Assembly: GCA_963720675.1 (NCBI GenBank)
Contig: CAVRGH010000010.1
Coordinates: 1,020,695-1,084,694 of the forward strand
DNA length: 64,000 nucleotides
Direction of reading: 5' to 3'
Origin: an uncultured Acidimicrobiia bacterium
GTDB taxonomy: Bacteria; Actinomycetota; Acidimicrobiia; IMCC26256; PALSA-555
Shown here: piece by piece, positions 60,824-64,000 of the stretch
Position numbering within the stretch: the stretch's first letter is position 1
Layout of the letters: each line of letters starts with the position of its first letter
Notes under the pieces: generated by a model
What the model was told of the DNA's origin: nothing
The model's input: the letters and a program-made list of their open reading frames with translations, nothing else
The model's database searches: none
Position numbers and translations under genes: made by a program

Positions 60824-60860
60824 GAGTATTGTATTCTCGCTTTCCGATAACTACATTCTA
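60824..60860. promoter_or_regulatory. AT-rich palindromes GAGTAT-TGT-ATTCTC (60824-60838) and weaker GATAAC-TAC-ATTCTA (60846-60860), candidate operator/promoter
   Basis: Immediately upstream of the ACAD operon start (GTG 60866). Read directly from the sequence. Confidence 0.3.
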
Positions 60861-60865
60861 CTGCC

Positions 60866-61937
60866 GTGGACACCCGGGACACGGCCGAGCAGGCCGAGCT
60901 GCGGCGGGCGGCCCGACAGCTCGCGCGGGAGCTGGGACCGAGCACGGTGGCCGAGCTCGACGACGAGACCCGGGCCAAGCGCCTCGCCACCGCGGTGCGG
61001 GACGCCGGGTGGCTCGAGCTGCGCGACGCCACCGCTCACGAGGGAGGAGGTCCCGTCGCTCCCCTCGCCACGGGTGTCGAAGCGGCGATCCTCGCCGAGG
61101 GGCTCGCGGAGTGCGTCGCCGACGTGGCGTTCGCCGGACCCGTCCTCGCCGCCGACCTGGCCCGTCGAGCCGGCCTCGGCCCCACCGAGTGCTCGTCCGT
61201 CGCCTTCGCCCCCGATCTCGTCGGCCCCGCGATCGTTCACGGGCCGGGTGACCACGACGACCCTCCACGCGGTCGACGTCGCGACCGATCACAGCGGCGC
61301 GGCCTACGTGCTGGTGCCCGCGGGCACGGAGCACCGTCTCGCGCTGGTGCAGGTCACCGGTGCGGCAGTCGACGTCGGCGATGGTGCCGACCTCACGAGG
61401 CGGACGCGCCCGATCCCTGCCGGCACGTCCGTCGTCGAGATTCCCGGCCAGCAGCGAGCATTGACCTCCGACGACCTCGACTCCTGGAGCGCCCTGGGCC
61501 TCGCGCTCACGAGCGCCGACCTCGTGGGGCTCATGCGCGGCGTCCTCGACCTCACGGTCGCGTACGCGGCCGAGCGGCGCCAGTATGGCGTCCCGGTCGG
61601 ATCCTTCCAGGCAGTGCAGCACCTCCTCGCCGAGGCGTGCTGCCTGATGGAGGGGTCGGTCAGCGTCGCACTGCACGCGTCGTGGGCGGTCGACGACCTT
61701 CCGGCCGCCGAGGCGCTCGCGTCCGGACGGATCGCCAAGACGTACTGCGCGCGTGCCGCCCGCACGGTGTGCGAGACCGCGGTACAGGTGCACGGTGGCA
61801 TCGGCAACACGTGGGAGTGCATGGCACACGTGTTCCTGCGGCGCGCGCTCCTCTCGTCGCAGTGGTTCGGCGACGACGGCGAGCAGCTCCGCCGGATCGA
61901 GCGAGCGCGGCTGGGGGCGGTCGATGGACTTTCGTGA
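60866..61937 (+). pseudogene. acyl-CoA dehydrogenase family protein (first of an overlapping pair); one frame break
   Basis: (V)DTRDTAEQAELRRAARQLAREL...FAPDLVGPAIV, then a break near 61238, then TGRVTTTTLHAVDV...LVGLMRGVLDLTVAYAAERRQYGVPVGSFQAVQHLLAEA...VHGGIGNTWE. Confidence 0.75.
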
Positions 61938-63057
61938 CTCACCCGCGGAAGCGGAGTTCCGCGGCCGCCTGCGCGACTGGCTCGCCGAGCACAACCCCGG
62001 CCTCCCCGCCTCCTCGACCGACGACGAGTACTGGGCCCGGCAGGCCGAGTGGCACACCGCGCTCTACGACGCCGGCTTCTTCGGCCTGAGCTGGCCCGCC
62101 CGCTTCGGCGGCCACGACCTGCCGACGGTCTTCGACGTGATCCTCGACGAGGAGCTCGCCGCGGCGGGCGCGCCACCGCGCCCGAGCCTCGGCTACCTCG
62201 TGCAGGGGATCTCCACCCACGGCAGCGACGCGATCAAGGACCGGTTCCTCCCCGGGCTCATCAGCGGGCGTGAGCGCTGGTGCCAGGGCTTCAGCGAACC
62301 CGACGCGGGATCCGACCTCGCGGCGCTGCGCACCACCGCCACGCTCGACGGCGACGAATACGTGATCGACGGCCACAAGATCTGGACCAGCTACTCCGAC
62401 GTCGCCGACTGGTGCATCCTGCTCGCGCGTACCGACCCCGACGTCGCGAAGCACAAGGGGCTCTCCGCGTTCGCGGTCCCCATGGACCAGCCCGGGATCG
62501 AGCAGCGGCCCTTGAAGATGATCAACGGCATCACCACGGAGTTCGGGCAGGTGTTGTTCGACGGTGCGCGCGTCGCAGCCGGGAACATGATCGGCGAGCC
62601 GGGCGAGGGATGGCGCCTCGCGATGACCGTCGTCAGCCACGAGCGCGAACCCGGCGAGCTCGGCTACGTCGCCCGGTACGCCAAGACCGTGAAGGAGATG
62701 GAGCACAAGGCGGCCACTGCCCCGAGCCCGCTGCGCAGCGACCAGCGCGAGCAGGTTGCCTGGGCCCACGTGCAGGTGGAGATGCTCCGCCGGCACGTCT
62801 GTCGCCGACTGTCCGAGCGACTGGACGGTGTCGAACACGGACCCGGCGGCTCGATCGACAAGCTCCTCATGACGTGGGTCGAGCAGAGCGTCGGCACCGC
62901 GGCACTGGCTCTGGCAGGCTCCACCACAGTGCTCGATCCCGACGACGTGGCCCTGAAGCTGTACCTCTACAGCCGCGCCCAGAGCGTCATGGGTGGGACC
63001 TCGCAGATCCAGAAGAACATCGTCGCCACCCGGATCCTCGGCCTCCCCACGGCCTGA
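61924..63057 (+). CDS. acyl-CoA dehydrogenase family protein (second of the pair)
   Basis: From ATG 61924 (14-nt overlap with the previous gene): MDFRDSPAEAEFRGRLRDWLAEH...RWCQGFSEPDAGSDLAALRTTA...DGHKIWTSY...MGGTSQIQKNIVATRILGLP. Confidence 0.85.
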   Translation: MDFRDSPAEAEFRGRLRDWLAEHNPGLPASSTDDEYWARQAEWHTALYDAGFFGLSWPARFGGHDLPTVFDVILDEELAAAGAPPRPSLGYLVQGISTHGSDAIKDRFLPGLISGRERWCQGFSEPDAGSDLAALRTTATLDGDEYVIDGHKIWTSYSDVADWCILLARTDPDVAKHKGLSAFAVPMDQPGIEQRPLKMINGITTEFGQVLFDGARVAAGNMIGEPGEGWRLAMTVVSHEREPGELGYVARYAKTVKEMEHKAATAPSPLRSDQREQVAWAHVQVEMLRRHVCRRLSERLDGVEHGPGGSIDKLLMTWVEQSVGTAALALAGSTTVLDPDDVALKLYLYSRAQSVMGGTSQIQKNIVATRILGLPTA

Positions 63058-63098
63058 GCCCGCGGTGTTCGAAGCCCGGCACCCGAGAGAGAGTACGA

Positions 63099-63900
63099 AT
63101 GGACTACGACCTGCCCGCCGTGATCCGCGTCGAGGCCGACGGCCCGGTGCGGATCGTCCGGCTCGCCCGGCCCGAGCACCTCAACGCGATCAACGAAGAG
63201 CTGCACCTGGGACTGACCGAGCTCTTCCCGCAGCTCGAGCGCAGATCCCGACGCGCGCACCGCCGTCATCACGGGAGAGGGCCGTGCGTTCTCGGCCGGC
63301 GGCGACTTCGACCTCCTGGATCGGATGGCCGAGGACCGGGCCCTCCGCCGGTCCGTGATCGCCGAGGGCCGTGAGCTCGTCCTCAACATGCTCCGGTGTC
63401 GGCTCCCCGTCGTCGCCGCCGTCAACGGTCCGGCGGTCGGCCTCGGGTGCAGCGTCATCGCGCTGTCCGACGTCGTGTACCTCGCGGAGTCGGCGTACCT
63501 CTCGGACCCGCACGTGACCGTCGGTCTCGTCGCGGCCGACGGAGGCCCGCTGACCTGGCCGCTGCACACGAGCCTGCTCCTCGCCAAGGAGTACGCCTTC
63601 ACCGGCGACCGCATCAGCGCCGAGCGCGCGCGGGAGATCGGACTGGCGAACCACGTGCTGCCCGACGACGAGATGTTCCCCGCGGCACTCGCCACGGCCC
63701 ACAAGATCGCGAAGCTGCCGAAGCAGGCGGTGGAGGCGACGAAGCGGGTGCTGAACCTGCACGCCGAGCGGGCGGTCCTGGCCACGATCGACTTCGCGAT
63801 GGCGTCGGAGAGCGAGTCGTTCGACACCGACGACCTCCGAGCCAACGTCGACCGGTTCCTCGGCCGCACCGCCTCCCCGGGCAGCGACCCGACCGGGTGA
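63099..63900 (+). pseudogene. enoyl-CoA hydratase/isomerase (crotonase) family protein; one frame break
   Basis: MDYDLPAVIRVEADGPVRIVRLARPEHLNAINEELHLGLTELFPQLE, then a break near 63240, then ADPDARTAVITGEGRAFSAGGDFDLL...LPVVAAVNGPAVGLGCSVIALSD. Confidence 0.8.
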
Positions 63901-64000
63901 TGCTCCCCGACACGGAAGGCGTCGAGATCGCCGACTACCGCCTGGCGCTGCACGCCTGGCTCGACGAGCACCACGACGAGCTCGCACCGCGGTACGCGCC
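63897..64000 (+). CDS. probable acyl-CoA dehydrogenase-like protein, first ~34 codons only (runs off the window)
   Basis: GTG 63897 / ATG 63900 overlap the upstream TGA. VMLPDTEGVEIADYRLALHAWLDEHHDELAPRYA resembles ACAD N-termini (compare the N-terminus at 61924). The fragment is too short for certainty. Confidence 0.35.
   Translation, partial: MMLPDTEGVEIADYRLALHAWLDEHHDELAPRYA

Noticed and set aside
1-64000. Programmed ribosomal frameshifting or transcriptional slippage as an explanation for the frame breaks.
   Set aside because: The breaks hit unrelated housekeeping and catabolic genes, up to five per gene. I saw no shared slippery heptamer or downstream structure. No known family among them uses recoding.
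1-64000. A search by eye for tRNA/rRNA genes, CRISPR repeats, IS/transposase/integrase genes, phage genes, toxin-antitoxin pairs and known defence systems.
   Set aside because: None was recognised. All intergenic gaps are 291 bp or shorter and lack tRNA-like T-arm sequences or spaced direct repeats. A tRNAscan/Infernal/defence-finder run would be needed to make this negative result firm.

Overview
This is a 64-kb, roughly 70% GC, gene-dense segment that looks like actinobacterial chromosome: many GTGA/ATGA-coupled operons and Ala/Arg/Asp-rich proteins. I could place about 58 protein-coding genes. I recognised no rRNA, tRNA, CRISPR array, transposase or integrase.

Layout:
- Left third: housekeeping genes (histidine phosphatase, RNase HI, DUF164 zinc-ribbon protein, class A PBP, a 6.5-kb AddB/AddA-type helicase-nuclease pair), followed by assorted oxidoreductases.
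- Middle: a family-1 encapsulin operon with an encapsulated-ferritin (EncFtn) cargo. Next comes a four-gene operon of alpha/beta-hydrolase, FAD oxidoreductase, DUF1365 and CFA-synthase-like methyltransferase, the same family set as the furan-fatty-acid ufaD/ufaO/methylase genes. A sulfotransferase and a cyclase-STAND-TPR signalling gene follow.
- Right half (32.6-64 kb): a lipid/steroid-type catabolic island. It holds 3 acyl-CoA ligases, 2 P450s, a Rieske oxygenase plus FNR/2Fe-2S reductase, a split B12 acyl-CoA mutase, DUF35 plus an SCPx-type thiolase, an overlapping ACAD pair, 2 enoyl-CoA hydratases, a family III CoA-transferase, SDRs, an LLM oxidoreductase and a TetR regulator.

The strongest sequence-level signal is at least 19 reading-frame breaks in 11 otherwise well-conserved genes. 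All have the same sign (equivalent to one extra nucleotide), which points to insertion-type assembly or consensus error rather than random decay. As a result, the supplied ORF track splits or falsely extends many genes. I typed those genes 'pseudogene' meaning 'not translatable as sequenced'.

Non-coding signals are a perfect 18+18-bp inverted repeat in a divergent promoter (12180-12219) and a recurring AT-rich GAGAAT-N3-ATTCTC-like palindrome in three promoter regions of the island.

Nothing here can be called a new system from sequence alone. The best leads are listed with tests.
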